In this document: one piece after another, positions 1-13,050 of the stretch | Layout of the letters: each line of letters begins with the position of its first letter | How positions within the stretch are numbered: the stretch's first letter is position 1 | Origin: Macrostomum lignano | Taxonomy: Eukaryota | Assembly: GCA_002269645.1 (NCBI GenBank) | Contig: NIVC01000339.1 | Coordinates: 50,756-114,755 of the forward strand | DNA length: 64,000 nucleotides | Direction of reading: 5' to 3' | Made by a program: the position numbers and the translations under genes | Notes under the pieces: generated by a model | What the model saw: the letters and a program-made list of their open reading frames with translations, nothing else | Databases searched by the model: none | Told to the model about the DNA's origin: nothing

Positions 1-2780
1 ATAATTTCTAACAAAATTAAATATAAAATTCTAAAGACATTTATTAAACTTTTTTCAACTTTTAACCAATTTTTTTATTAAATATTTTTATAATTTTTGA
101 TAGACTATATCATTTTACTTTTTTAGTAAATTAGCTTTGTTTTTTCAGTTAAGAAATAACTTTTAATATACTAAACTATCCTAAATAAATATCCTAGATA
201 TCAATAGCATAATACAATTGTAATTTGTTTGTTTAAAGATGTTTTATTATAACTTTTTATGACTGACTTTCTCTGAATCTCTGATCTCTGAAATGACTTT
301 CATTGAACTGACTTTTTCCAAAATGACTTACTAAATTTTCTTTTTGCCAATGTGACCTGTACCTTTTCTTATCAACAGATTAGAAATAGAAAAGCTAAAA
401 AATGATATATTGGACATAGAAATTGGTCAGCCTAAGTAAAAAAGTTTAATAAAAATATTAATAAAACTAAGAGTGTTTTGGCAAAAATTACCATAGTGCA
501 ACTTTCAAAATCTCAGTAGAGTTGCTACTATGTATATCCTTACTATTTTAGCTTGTTTGAATCTATTAATTTTTAATTAATATGGCCAAACTATTCTATG
601 GTTGATTTTGCTTTGGGGCAAAATGATCTATATAGACTACAAAGTCTAAGCAAAATGTCTATGACTAAAATAGTTAAATGGCAAAAAATCAATTATTTAA
701 ATAATAAGATTTGCTAGCAAGTTAAAATATTTACTAGATTTTTTAATGTTTATTTTTTGGTATTTTTATCTTATAAATACTATTTAGTTTTTTATTTAAA
801 ATTCTTTATAGAAACTATAAAGAAGTTGTAACATCTAAAGTCTAAAAAGCTTGTATATGGTCTATCTAAAAGATTTAACTTAAAAACCTTTTTAAAAGAG
901 TACTGTGTTTAATCTCAATGGTTAGCAAATGGTTAGCATTGCTAACCATAAACACTTTCTAGTAAACCATGTACATTGGTCTAGACTATTATTTAAGATA
1001 TAACCTCAATATGCCAAAACCTCAAATCATCATTTTATGCAATATCTATAGATTTTATGTATACCATTTTATTATATCAAACTATTAGTATATTAATTAA
1101 CTTCATAAAAAATAAGACAATATGGTATATATATAAAGATAACAAATAGGCCTATATATATGACTAGACTTGAATCATTGAGTATTGAATCAATGAATAT
1201 TCAGAATATTTAGAATCAAATCCAATCAACCAAATATTTGGTTCAAATCAGAGTTAGAAAGTTGATAATTTCAATATAGAATAGTTGCTTTGATATAAGG
1301 AAAATATTTGGAACTATTCATGGGTTTTGTGTTGGTGCAGGATTTTTGCTCATTAATATCGGGAAGGAATTAGAGACAGTTGTGTTCTGAGGAAAGGCAG
1401 AGGAATGAGGCATAACAATTGAGCATATTGTTTAAATTTGAGAAGGCTTTAGATGGACTGGAGAACAGATGTTTTAGTTTGAAGAGTCAAAAATACTTGG
1501 GTTTGTAGGCTTGTAACTCATAAATGAAGGGAGGGAGTTAAAGATGGGACAATATATGGCACATCTTGAGGAAAGGCAGGGGTGCTTGAGCAATTGCAAG
1601 CATGTTGTGCTCAGATTTAAGGCTTTAAAGGAAGTGGAGCATTAAGAATCAAGTTTATAGAACATGGATTTGGGGGGCCTTAATTCCCACAAACTTGGAG
1701 GGATGGGGTTAGCATTTGTCTAGGCGCATTTCATTGAATAAAAAGTAAAGATGTGAGCCTATTGGTTAAAAAATAGCAGCCCTTAAAAATACATTACCCC
1801 TGGTGTCAAGGTTTTTAGCCATAAAATTTATCTGAATTTCCCTTAGCATCCAGGAATCCTATTAGCATTGGATCTACTGTTTATTTTATCTTTTGTTCCT
1901 ACATCAAGTTTCGCCTTTTACAAGTATACATAGGATTTCTATAGTTTATTTTAATTACAGTTTTTTAATTGCATTTTCAGCCTGAATTCCAAGTGCAGCC
2001 TCGCATTGAACCCAGCGCCTTGCCATTATTCCATGCGCAACAATTCAACCATCCAATGGCAGGATTAGGACCGTGAGTTCGCTTGACTTTTCCACCTGTA
2101 TAACTGATATAACTAAACCACTGTATAAGTAGTATCTTTAGATTATCATTTATAAGCTACTGTATAAGTAGTATCTCTGGATTATCATTTCAGAATCCCT
2201 CTGCTGTTTATCCAATCCCCTCTTTTATTCTTTTCGTCTATTTGATTTTTGTGTCCGCTATACTCTATTCGTGTTGTCTTTTCTTTCTTTACACAAAACA
2301 AAAAGCTCTTATCGGTTTTTAATCTGTGTTTTTATTTGTAGCAGATGCTGTTACACTACTGTGAGTAGACGCGACGTTGTAATTTTCTGCGCGTTTTTTC
2401 ACTTCGATAATTATAGTGGTGTTTTTTATTATTTTTTATTAAAAATCAGTTCTTAAGCTGACCACAGTTTTATTGGGGCTGGGCCATACAGTAAGGCACT
2501 CAGCTGTTTCAGACTCGCAGTGTTTTCATATCACAACGAAATTACCTTGGTGGGACCAAGCGAATCTGTTAGGTTTGTTATTTCCAACAGTAGATATTTT
2601 GTTTGTATCTCAAATCCCAAACCTATTAAAATACATTGTCTCTTTATTTAGACTACACAAATATATCACATGTCTCGACATGACCATGCAGCGTGTTTTT
2701 GTAGGTTTTGTTCCTAGGCGGAACCAAATTTTCTCTTACAGTTCCTTTGAATTGCTTTTTAGTGTAGATTTTTAAAGTTT

Positions 2781-4228
2781 TATCCATCACAATCAATGGG
2801 AAATATCCATCCCAATCAATGGGAAATACCCATCCCAATCAGTGGGAAATATCCATCACAATCAATGGAAAAAATCCATCCCAATCAATGGGAAATACCC
2901 ATCCCAATCAGTGGGAAATATCCATCCCAATCAATGGGAAATACCCATCCCAATCAGTGGGAAATATCCATCCCAATCAATGGGAAATACCCATCCCAAT
3001 CAGTGGGAAATATCCATCCCAATCAATGGGAAATACCCATCCCAATCAGTGGGAAATATCCATCCCAATCAATGGGAAATACCCATCCCAATCAATGGGA
3101 AATATCCATCACAATCAATGGGAAATATCCATCCCAATCAATGGGAAATACCCATCCCAATCAGTGGGAAATATCCATCACAATCAATGGGAAATATCCA
3201 TCCCAATCAATGGGAAATACCCATCCCAATCAGTGGGAAATATCCATCCCAATCAATGGGAAATATCCATCCCAATCAATGGGAAATATCCATCCCAATC
3301 AATGGGAAATATCCATCCCAATCAATGGGAAATACCCATCACAATCAATGGGAAATATCCATCCCAATCAATGGGAAATATCCATCCCAATCAATGGGAG
3401 TTTTCCATCCCAATCAATGGGAGTTTTCCATCCCAATCAATGGGAAATACCCATCCCAATCAGATCGAAATATCCATCACAATCAATGGGAAAAATCCAT
3501 CCCAATCAATGGGAAATATCCATCCCAATCAATGGGAAATATCCATCCCAATCATTGGGAAATATCCATCCCAATCAGTGGGAAATACCCATCCCAATCA
3601 GTGGGAAATACCCATCCCAATCAGTGGGAAATACCCATCCCAATCAGTGGGAAATATCCATCCCAATCAGTGGGAAATACCCATCCCAATCAGTGGGAAA
3701 TACCCATCCCAATCAATGGGAAATATCCATCCCAATCAATGGGAAATATCCATCCCAATCATTGGGAAATATCCATCCCAATCAGTGGGAAATATCCATC
3801 CCAATCAGTGGGAAATATCCATCCCAATCAGTGGGAAATACCCATCCCAATCAGTGGGAAATATCCATCCCAATCAATGGGAAATACCCATCCCAATCAT
3901 TGGGAGTTATGCATCCCAATCAGTGGGAAATACCCATCCCAATCAGTGGGAAATATCCATCCCAATCAGTGGGAAATACCCATCCCAATCAGTGGGAAAT
4001 ACCCATCCCAATCAGTGGGAAATACCCATCCCAATCAGTGGGAAATATCCATCCCAATCAATGGGAAATACCCATCCCAATCATTGGGAGTTATGCATCC
4101 CAATCAGTGGGAAATACCCATCCCAATCAGTGGGAAATACCCATCCCAATCAATGGGAAATATCCATCCCAATCAATGGGAGTTATGCATCGCAATCAAT
4201 GGGAGTTTTCCATCACAATCAATGGGAA
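2781..4228. repeat. 23-bp minisatellite (CCATCCCAATCAATGGGAAATAT), ~60 copies
   Basis: Head-to-tail units without spacers, each with an internal TCCCA/TGGGA hairpin. The array generates the stop-free ORFs in three frames. Confidence 0.95.
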
Positions 4229-4295
4229 TTGGAGAGCATCCGATATGTATCGATAGCAAACTATTTCGGCACCCACAGAAGCACAAATAGAAAAA

Positions 4296-5709
4296 ATGTC
4301 GTCTTCTTCCTCCCTGTCAATGCCGGTCGCTGATGAGTCCGAGGATGCAGAGGAGAAGCTGCGCATTCTGCAGCAGCTGCTGGCCTCGCAAGACTCCGGC
4401 GCAGCCCCAGCCGCCGCCGCCGCCGGTGCCCCGGCCAGCCGTCAGGTGGCCTACGAGCCCGGGCTGTGCATCAAAACCCGTCAGGATTCGGGCGGCGCCA
4501 AGCTGTTCATCAACTTGTGCCGCAGCGCCGACCTGCCGGCGCCGCCCGAGGCCACGGACGAGCAGCTGGCCAAGCTGCTGGAGGATCCGGACAGCCACGC
4601 GGCCAGATTCCGGGTGCCGCTGAGCATCGGCGAGCCGCGGGCCGAGCGAGATCACGCGGGCTCCGCGTGCACAGCGATTGACGTTGTGGCCCACCCGAGC
4701 CTGCTGGACCGGATGCGCGCCAGCGACCTGTACCGGAACTTCGCCATCAGCTTGGCTGTGGAGGGCGCCGAGGCCAAGCACGGGTTGAGTTTGAGCAGGC
4801 GGGATCTGACTGTGCTGCGGAATAAGAAATACGTTGGCAGCATTGAGCAGCAGGCGGCGCAGCACTTTGTGCGGTCCGGCGGCCCGCCAAAGCCGTTTAT
4901 TCAGGTAAGACCGTTTTCTTCTGAAGATCGCCCATTGGAAATCTCCCCCTATCTAAGAATCGCCCATTGGAAATCTTCCTTATCTGACAATTGCCCATTG
5001 GAAATCTTCCCTATCTGAGAATCGGCCATTGGAAATCTCCCCTATCTGAGAATCGCCCATTGGAAATCTCCCCTATCTGACAATTGCCCATTGGAAATCT
5101 CCCCTATCTGAGAATCGCCCATTGGAAATCTTCCCTATCTGACAATTGCCCATTGGAAATCTTCCCTATCTGACAATTGCCCATTGGAAATCTCCCCTAT
5201 CTGAGAATCGCCCATTGGAAATCTTCCCTATCTGAGAATCGGCCATTGGAAATCTCCCCTATCTGAGAATCGCTCATTGGAAATCTCACCTGTCTCCCGA
5301 GAGACCCAGAAAGTCCCCATCTCCCCAGCTGAGTTCAATTGGAGTCGCACGCACCGCCCAAATCCAGGAAGTGTCTGGCAGCGAGGCGACGGCCCCGCAG
5401 CCCAGCTCGTCTCTCTCCGCACCGTCGAAGACGCCGCCCCGGCCGGAGTTCCGGCTGGTGCAGGAGCCGCCGTACGGTTCGCCCAGCCATTTCGTGTGCG
5501 AGATCCGCCTGCCGCTCATCAGCTCTGCCGGCTCCTTGCAACTGCAGGTTGGCGGCGACCGCCTGCTGCTCACCTGCCGCAGCCGGGCCTACCGGCTGGA
5601 CTTCTACCTGCCTGTCTGCATCGACCAGGCCGCCTGCTGCGCCCAGTTTGATGCCGATAGCAGACTGCTCACCGTTACTATGCCTGTTGAGGGCGGGCCT
5701 GCCGCGTAG
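4296..5709 (+). CDS. PIH1D1: PIH1 domain-containing protein 1 (R2TP co-chaperone subunit), 2 exons, ~316 aa
   Basis: Exons 4296-4904 and 5368-5709, phase 0 (CAG|GTAAGA ... ATCCAG|GAA), joining PFIQ|EVSG. The PIH1 motifs PGLCIKT..KLFINLC..PPP..FRVPLSIGEP and the C-terminal CS domain (LQVGGDRLLL..YRLDFYLP..AQFD..LLTVTMP) match PIH1D1 as I recall it. Confidence 0.92.
4925..5290. repeat. 31-bp intronic minisatellite (CGCCCATTGGAAATCTCCCCTATCTGAGAAT)
   Basis: About 12 tandem copies inside the PIH1D1 intron. Confidence 0.92.
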
Positions 5710-5754
5710 CTTGGCGTGTGTTCGTGTTGTTGCTTTGGTGTGCGCGACTGTTGG

Positions 5755-6050
5755 CTGCAGTGACATTGACTGCCAGTGTGACATTGACTGCCAGTGTGAC
5801 ATTGACTGTCAGTGTGACATTGACTGCCAGTGTGACATTGACTGCCAGTGTGACATTGACTGTCAGTGTGACATTAACTGTCAGTGTGACATTGACTGCC
5901 AGTGTGACATTGACTGCCAGTGTGACATTGAATGTCAGTGTGACATTGACTGCCAGTGTGACATTGAATGTCAGTGTGACATTGACTGCCAGTGTGACAT
6001 TGAATGTCAGTGTGACATTGACTGCCAGTGTGATATTGGCTGACAGTGAC
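5755..6050. repeat. 18-bp tandem repeat (GTGACATTGACTGCCAGT)
   Basis: About 16 copies just after the PIH1D1 stop. Confidence 0.93.
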
Positions 6051-6549
6051 ATCTTAGCACATTACACAATGACACCATTTTTCATCGTGTTGAAGGTCTG
6101 GGAGGTTCGTCAGGTCGAGAAAGCCGCTAGTTGACTACGAGGGTATTAGAGCGAGAAAGTTGATTCTGTGTGCAAACTCTCCGTCCAGCATGTACTTGTA
6201 TGAAACTTGTATGAATCAATGTATCTGTGCCTGCAAAGATTATTGATTTGCAGTTAATCCTTAGCTGCTGGCAGCTGTTAATCATATGAGACGCTTTGCA
6301 ATTTTTGCATAACCATTTTGTTCTTAAAAAGAAACCGATTGCGATAAGTGATTTTGAATTTCACTTTTTGTTTTTGTACTTTTTGTCTTCTTTATTCAAA
6401 AGTTTGTAGATATTTTGTTGATTATCACATAATTGTTTTGCCTGTAACTGGTTTCTCAGACAGAAAATAATTTTTTGTCTCTGATTAGTCAGAAAGAGGT
6501 CTGTCTGTCTCTATCTGGTCCAGAAAACATAGTCCTCTGATTCGTCAGA

Positions 6550-7315
6550 GAAAATGGTTTGCCAGTCGCTGATTGGTCTAGAGAGAGAAAATGGTTTGCC
6601 AGTCGCTGATTGGTCTAGAGAGAGAAAATGGTCTGCCAGTCGCTGATTGGTCTAGAGAGAGAAAATGGTTTGCCAGTCGCTGATTGGTCTAGAGAGAGAA
6701 AATGGTCTGCCAGTCGCTGATTGGTCTAGAGAGAGAAAATGGTCTGCCAGTCGCTGATTGGTCTAGAGAGAGAAAATGGTCTGCCAGTCGCTGATTGGTC
6801 TAGAGAGAGAAAATGGTCTGCCAGTCGCTGATTGGTCTAGAGAGTGGTTTACTAGTCGCTGATTGGTCTAGAGAGAGAAAATGGTTTGCCAGTCGCTGAT
6901 TGGTCTAGAGAGAGAAAATGGTCTGCCAGTCGCTGATTGGTCTAGAGAGAGAAAATGGTCTGCCAGTCGCTGATTGGTCTAGAGAGAGAAAATGGTCTGC
7001 CAGTCGCTGATTGGTCTAGAGAGAGAAAATGGTCTGCCAGTCGCTGATTGGTCTAGAGAGTGGTTTACTAGTCGCTGATTGGTCTAGAGGGAGAAATGGT
7101 TTACCAGTCGCTGATTGGTCTAGAAAGAGAATAGTTTGCCAGTCGCTGATTGGTCTAGAGGTCTAAAGAGAGAATGGTTTCCCAGTCGCTGATTGGTAAC
7201 GGTTTGCCAGTCGCTGATTGGTCTAGAGGTCTAAAGAGAGAATGGTTTCCCAGTCGCTGATTGGTAACGGTTTGCCAGTCGCTGATTGGTCTAGAGAGAG
7301 AGAATGGTTTGCCTG
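6550..7315. repeat. 37-bp minisatellite containing a CCAAT box
   Basis: Unit AAAATGGTYTGCCAGTCGCTGATTGGTCTAGAGAGAG, about 20 copies. Confidence 0.93.
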
Positions 7316-7487
7316 TTGCTTCAATAAGCTTTTACTTTGTTTCCATGTTTATCTGGCTTGTCTAAGGTTGGCATTTTCTGTCTTTATTAATAACCGGAAA
7401 ATATTCTGAAAACATTACGACCCCTCAAGCCAATTCCAGAGTTAAAGCATCGCTGAGCTCTCCAGGCCGACAATCCGCCCAGCTCCC

Positions 7488-10448
7488 ATGGCCGCCGCCC
7501 CGCCCGCTGGCAAGACGCCAATCAGCTTATTGCAGGAGTTCAGCGTTAAGCGCTCCATCACCCCGGTGTACGATCTCATCGCCAACGAGGGCCCGGTGCA
7601 CGAGCCGCTGTTCGTGTTCCAGTGCCGCGCTGGCGCCTTCTCCGGCATCGGCCGGGGTGTCAGCAAGAAGCGGGCCAAGCACAATGCCGCCCACGCCACC
7701 CTGCGGAAGATGCTGAACGATGGCGCTGCCCTCACCGAGCCTGAGTGCGCCACCATCAACCAGCTGTGCCAGGCCGACTCTGTTGCACCTTCGGGCAGCT
7801 CCGCGGCTGCGGCCGCTGCTGCTGCCAGCGCTGCCGCTGCTGCCGCTGCCGCCGCCGCTGCCGCTGCTTCAGCTGACGGCGGCGACTACGAAAACTCAGC
7901 TGCTGCCGCGGCTGCCACCGACGCGGCCGCCGCCGCCGCCTACCTGGCCAATCTGGAGGAGGACGACGAGGAGGCGGCCGGGAATCCCGTCGGCGAGCTG
8001 CAGGAGCTGTGCCAGCGCCGGCTGTGGCCGCAGGCCGCCTTTCACTTCGCCTGCTCGCCGGGCCCGGCGCAGACCCGCCAGTTCGTCTGCACTGCCAGCC
8101 TGTGGCGCTGGGAGCAGCAGGCCTGCGCCAGGTCCAAGCGCCTGGCTAAACGGCGGGCTGCTCAGGTGAGGCTGCGAACTTGAGTTTTGGCTGCAGGGGA
8201 ACTGCACAGATTGTTGGGAAACTGCTCAGATTGTAAGGGAGCTCCTCAGATTGTAGGGAAACTGCTCAGATTGTTGGGGAACTGCTCAGATTGTAAGGGA
8301 GCTCCTTAGATTGTAGGGAAACTGCTCAGATTGTTGGGGAACTGCTCAGATTGTTGGGGAACTGCTCAGATTGTAAGGGAGCTGCTCACATTGTTGGGGA
8401 GCTGCTCACATTGTAGAGGAACTACTAATTGTTGGGGAAATGCTCACATTGTAGAGGAACTACTAATTGTTGGGGAACTGCTCACATTGTAGAGGAACTA
8501 CTCATTGTAGATGAACTGCTCACATTGCTGTGGAACTGCTCACATTGTAGAGGAACTGCTTACATTGATTTGGAACTGCTCACATTGTAGAGGAACTGCT
8601 AACATTGTAGAGGAACTGCTCACATTGTAGAGGAACTGCTCACATTGTAGAGGAACTGCTCACATTGTTGGGGAGCTGCTCACATTGTAGAGGAACTACT
8701 AATTGTTGGGGAACTGCTCACATTGTAGAGGAACTACTAATTGTTGGGGAACTGCTCACATTGTAGAGGAACTACTCATTGTAGATGAACTGCTCACATT
8801 GCTGTGGAACTGCTCACATTGTAGAGAAACTGCTTACATTGATTTGGAACTGCTCACATTGTAGAGGAACTGCTCACATTGTAGAGGAACTGCTCACATT
8901 GTAGAGGAACTGCTCACATTGATTTGGAACTGCTCACATTGTAGAGGAACTGCTCACATTGTAGAGGAACTGCTCACATTGTAGAGGAACTGCTCACATT
9001 GTAGAGGAACTGCTTACATTGTAGAGGAACTGCTCACATTGTAGAGGAACTGCTCACATTGTAGAGGAACTGCTCACATTGTAGAGGAACTGCTCACATT
9101 GTAGAGGAACTGCTCACATTGTAGAGGAACTGCTCACATTGTAGAGGAACTGCTCACATTGTAGAGGAACTGCTCACATTGTAGAGGAACTGCTTACATT
9201 GATGTGGAACTGCTCACATTGTAGAGGAACTGCTCACATTGTAGAGGAACTGCTCACATTGTAGAGGAACTGCTCACATTGTAGAGGAACTGCTCACATT
9301 GTAGAGGAACTGCTCACATTGTAGAGAAACTGCTCACATTGTAGAGGAACTGCTCACATTGTAGAGGAACTGCTTACATTGATGTGGAACTGCTCACATT
9401 GTAGAGGAACTGCTCACATTGTAGAGGAACTGCTCACATTGTAGAGGAACTGCTCACATTGTAGAGGAACTGCTCACATTGTAGAGGAACTGCTCACATT
9501 GTAGAGAAACTGCTCACATTGTAGAGGAACTGCTCACATTGTAGAGGAACTGCTCACATTGTAGAGGAACTGCTCACATTGTAGAGGAACTGCTCACATT
9601 GTAGAGGAACTGCTCACATTGTAGAGGAACTGCTCACATTGTAGAGGAACTGCTCACATTGTAGAGGAACTGCTCACATTGTAGAGGAACTGCTCACATT
9701 GTAGAGGAACTGCTCACATTGTAATTTTTACGGGAAACTGCTTAGATAGTTTTGAATGTTTGAACTGCTTGATGAAAACGGTACCCAGGCCAAGAAGCGT
9801 CCCAAAGTCACTTGCGTCGCAAGTTGTCACGGTACAAGTCGCCAAAAAATTGTCAGAGTCCAAGAATTAGTTTGAAACGTTTTATTGTCTGCGACTCTGT
9901 AACGACTCTGGGGCCATAAAGTCGTATTTGAGCTGTGTTAGAGTCGCACAGCCCATTGTGCCCGTCTCCCGCAGGCCCTCCTAGACCGAATCCGCGCTGA
10001 GAAGCTGACGATCCCGCAGGAGGAGCTGGACCTACTCGAAGAGGCCGAAATCCCCGTCGGCCGGGGCGCCGGCGAGGCCGGCCGCTCGTCCAGTCCGGCC
10101 AGGCTGTCCGCCACGGCCGGCACCGAGATCAACCGGCTGTTCGCCGGCCTTCGCGCTCGCAAAGGCGGCCCGACGCTCGGCCAGTTGGCCGAGTCGGCAG
10201 GTGGCGATGCCGACTGTCCGAAGGCGAGGCTGGAGGCGCTGGCGGCCGCGCACCGGTTCGCGCTGAACTTTCACGACTTGGCCGCGGGGCGCAGCGGCAA
10301 GGCGCCCTGCCTCCTGCGCCTGGGCACCGCGCCGCCGCTCGCAGCCGCAGGGTCCGGCGCCACGCCGGAGGAGGCGCGCGTCGAAGCCTGCCGCGCCGCT
10401 TTGGAGGCGCTGGCGGCGCTGACGGACCCGCACGGGCGGCCAGTCTAA
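7488..10448 (+). CDS. TARBP2/PRKRA/Loquacious-like protein with three dsRNA-binding domains, 2 exons, ~383 aa
   Basis: Exons 7488-8165 and 9975-10448, phase 0 (CAG|GTGAGG ... CCGCAG|GCC). dsRBD1 is KTPISLLQE..G.VHEPLF..KKRAKHNAA, dsRBD2 is NPVGELQELC..KRLAKRRAA, and the type-B dsRBD3 is CLLRLGTAPP..GSG.T.EEAR..ALEAL. Confidence 0.9.
8195..9722. repeat. 20-bp intronic satellite (CTGCTCACATTGTAGAGGAA), ~75 copies
   Basis: Degenerate at the 5' side, nearly homogeneous at the 3' side. Confidence 0.95.
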
Positions 10449-10451
10449 ACT

Positions 10452-10730
10452 GACTGTTGGAGTGAACTGCTGTGACTGCTGGGGCTGTTGGAGTGACCTG
10501 CTGGAGCTCTTGGGGAGACCTGCTGGAGCTCTTGGAGTGAACTGCTGGAGCTGTTGGAGTGAACTGCTGGGGCTGTTAGAGTGAGCTGTTGGAGTGAACT
10601 GCTGTGACTGCTGGGGCTGTTGGAGTGACCTGCTGGAGCTCTTGGGGAGACCTGCTGGAGCTGTTGGAGTGAACTGCAGGGGCTGTTAGAGTGAGCTGTT
10701 GGAGTGAACTTCTGGGGCTGTTTTCGTGAA
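10452..10730. repeat. Degenerate ~20-bp tandem repeat (CTGTTGGAGTGAACTGCTGG)
   Basis: Starts immediately after the dsRBP stop codon. Confidence 0.85.
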
Positions 10731-12684
10731 CTGCTGTGTTTGGGAATCCTGTCCCTCTGGTCTTACTCCAGAGCAATATTAGAGTAATTGCATTTTATTA
10801 AACGTTTAAACTTAATAATTCATTGTTAGGCACTTTTTTCAATTGTCACTCACATTGTGAATTAAAATTTTAAAATGTTGAATTGCTGCAATGTTTGTGT
10901 ACAAACCTGCTACTTACAGTAGATACAGCAGATATCAACAATGATCCAAATTGTTGCTGCAATGCAGTCTGAACTGTCATTTTTCAGTTAGTTTGTATCT
11001 CATATTTTTATTAACTTGAAATAAATATCATTTCGCCAGAAGACAGACTTCTTGTAAATCAGCTGGCACACTTTAAAAAGTTTGAGACTCCGTTTGGTTG
11101 TTTAATTTTCTTAGAAATGCATTCACACATAAAGTGCATTTACATGTACTACTAATGGTGCTCCCAACGACTCAATTAGGACAGGGAGCTTCGGCTGAGT
11201 TTTTTTGAACAAGAAGAATTCTCAATCGAGTCCGTTTATTTTTCGCGCAAACCCAGTCCCCAAATTGTTTTCTGAGAAACACAACTTTCCCATCTTCTAC
11301 TTGAGTCGTCTTTGGGTGGTCCTTGAATTTTTCAGAGTTTCGCGGTCCCCGTCTGCAATAAAAATTGTCTGAGAGCCGGGTTCAGCCGGCTATCCTCAGG
11401 TTCGAATGCTGAAAATGGGGAATAATATTTTTCTGAGAAGCCGCCGATGAGCAACCCGTCAAAATTGCCTTGCTGCTTTCTTTGCTTTTTTTAATTAGTG
11501 ATGAACGGCTCCCTACTAGGAGAAGAAGGCCACGAGGCTTTGGCAGCCCGGAGGCCTGGCTGACGCGTCACGCAGGGTCTCGCGAACCGCGGTGGCATCA
11601 GCTGCTGTGCCATTGTCGAGTCTCAGCTCTGGTCTGTCCTCCTCTTTTTCAACTCGACATCGCGTGCTGCAAATGTTAGGAACTGTTCACTAATTACCTG
11701 AGCAGGGTCGTGTTTTGCTGCTGCTTTTTATTAGGGAAAAACACGATTCTTCGTTGCTTTTTAATCATCCATCTGTTTCTTCTGTCGAGTCTGAGAGTGC
11801 TATATCCGATTATTCCGTGAGGCATGTAATTCAGCCTAACATACTATATTTGGAAGTTAAATGATTTTGAGACAGTTTGCCGTCAGCTTCCATTCTTAGG
11901 GAAGTTCAAGGAAGTGCGCAGGAAGAAAATTAGTCTGGCAAACAGGCCAGAATTCAGGAACCGACAGCGGCTTCCCCAGCAGGTAGACATTCGAATTATC
12001 CCGAGTATGCTGATGCCGCAGCGACAGCCGGACATCCCAGAATTGATGAATGCTGCTTGGGGGATAATTATCACACACGAGCCGGCTCGCCCCACAATGA
12101 AAAACAAAGTCCGACAGGGAAATTTTATCATGCAAAACTAGGAGACGACAGGCCTTGCTCTAAACTTGTATTTTCGAGGGAAGTCTGCAGTGTTGTAAGC
12201 AACAGCATATACATGTAGATGTAGCTCATCGATTTTGATGTCCCGTCGAAGTAAAAGTACATTTAGCTCGTAGCTACCATCACTGTTTCTGCTGGTTAGA
12301 ATATTTACTCTCGTACCCCCTCCCAATATATGTGCTTGAATTTATAGCAAAACTAACTATTCTATAATTAACTATTTTGATGGACAAATGCTAGCAAACA
12401 CTGTGTATTAAGTTCGTATATTATTGATTGCATAATTAAAACAGTGAAAAGCACAGGTCAGAAAGTAACTTACCTTGCCTGGTACGCAAATCACTAATGC
12501 TCGCCCTTCGCTTTGAGCGACTTAATACAGAATAATTTTCTGAATTCTGCAGCTTGAAGTAAAACCTTAACGGTCGAGAAGATGCGTTGAACGAAGATAA
12601 AAAACATCGAGAATTTTGGGAGGCGGGAAGTGTCTGACATTATACTGTATGTAAGCCTATCCCACTTAGCAGAGACGAGAATAG

Positions 12685-13050
12685 TGCACACTACACTCTA
12701 ACCCCACCCCACTCTGCGGGAGACGAGAATCGCGTACACTACACTCTAACCCACCCCACTCCGCGGGAGACGAGAATCGCGTACACTACACTCTAACCCA
12801 CCCCACTCCGCGGGAGACGAGAATCGCGTACACTACACTCTAACCCACCCCACTCCGCGGGAGACGAGAATCGCGTACACTACACTCTAACCCACCCCAC
12901 TCCGCGGGAGACGAGAATCGCGTACACTACACTCTAACCCACCCCACTCCGCGGGAGACGAGAATCGCGTACACTACACTCTAACCCACCCCACTCCGCG
13001 AGCGCAACCTACACTCTAACCCCACCCCACTCCGTGGGAGACGGAATCGC
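12685..13050. repeat. 47-bp CpG-rich minisatellite, ~7 copies
   Basis: Unit ACTACACTCTAACCCACCCCACTCCGCGGGAGACGAGAATCGCGTAC. Confidence 0.92.

Noticed and set aside
1985-2080. Second SINE or tRNA-like remnant sharing ATTCCAAGTGCAG with the 45-kb SINE
   Set aside because: Only a 13-bp match, with no A-box, tail or TSD.
2781-4333. Three overlapping ~490-aa ORFs and a CRISPR-like palindromic repeat
   Set aside because: Units are head-to-tail with no unique spacers and there are no cas genes. The ORFs result from a stop-free 23-bp unit.
4328-4360. CTGATGAGTCC hammerhead-like word
   Set aside because: It lies in PIH1D1 coding sequence (ADES) and has no GGACGAAA partner.
12685-13050. Telomeric sequence (CTAACCC in each 47-bp unit)
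   Set aside because: A single hexamer per unit, not a (TTAGGG)n tract.
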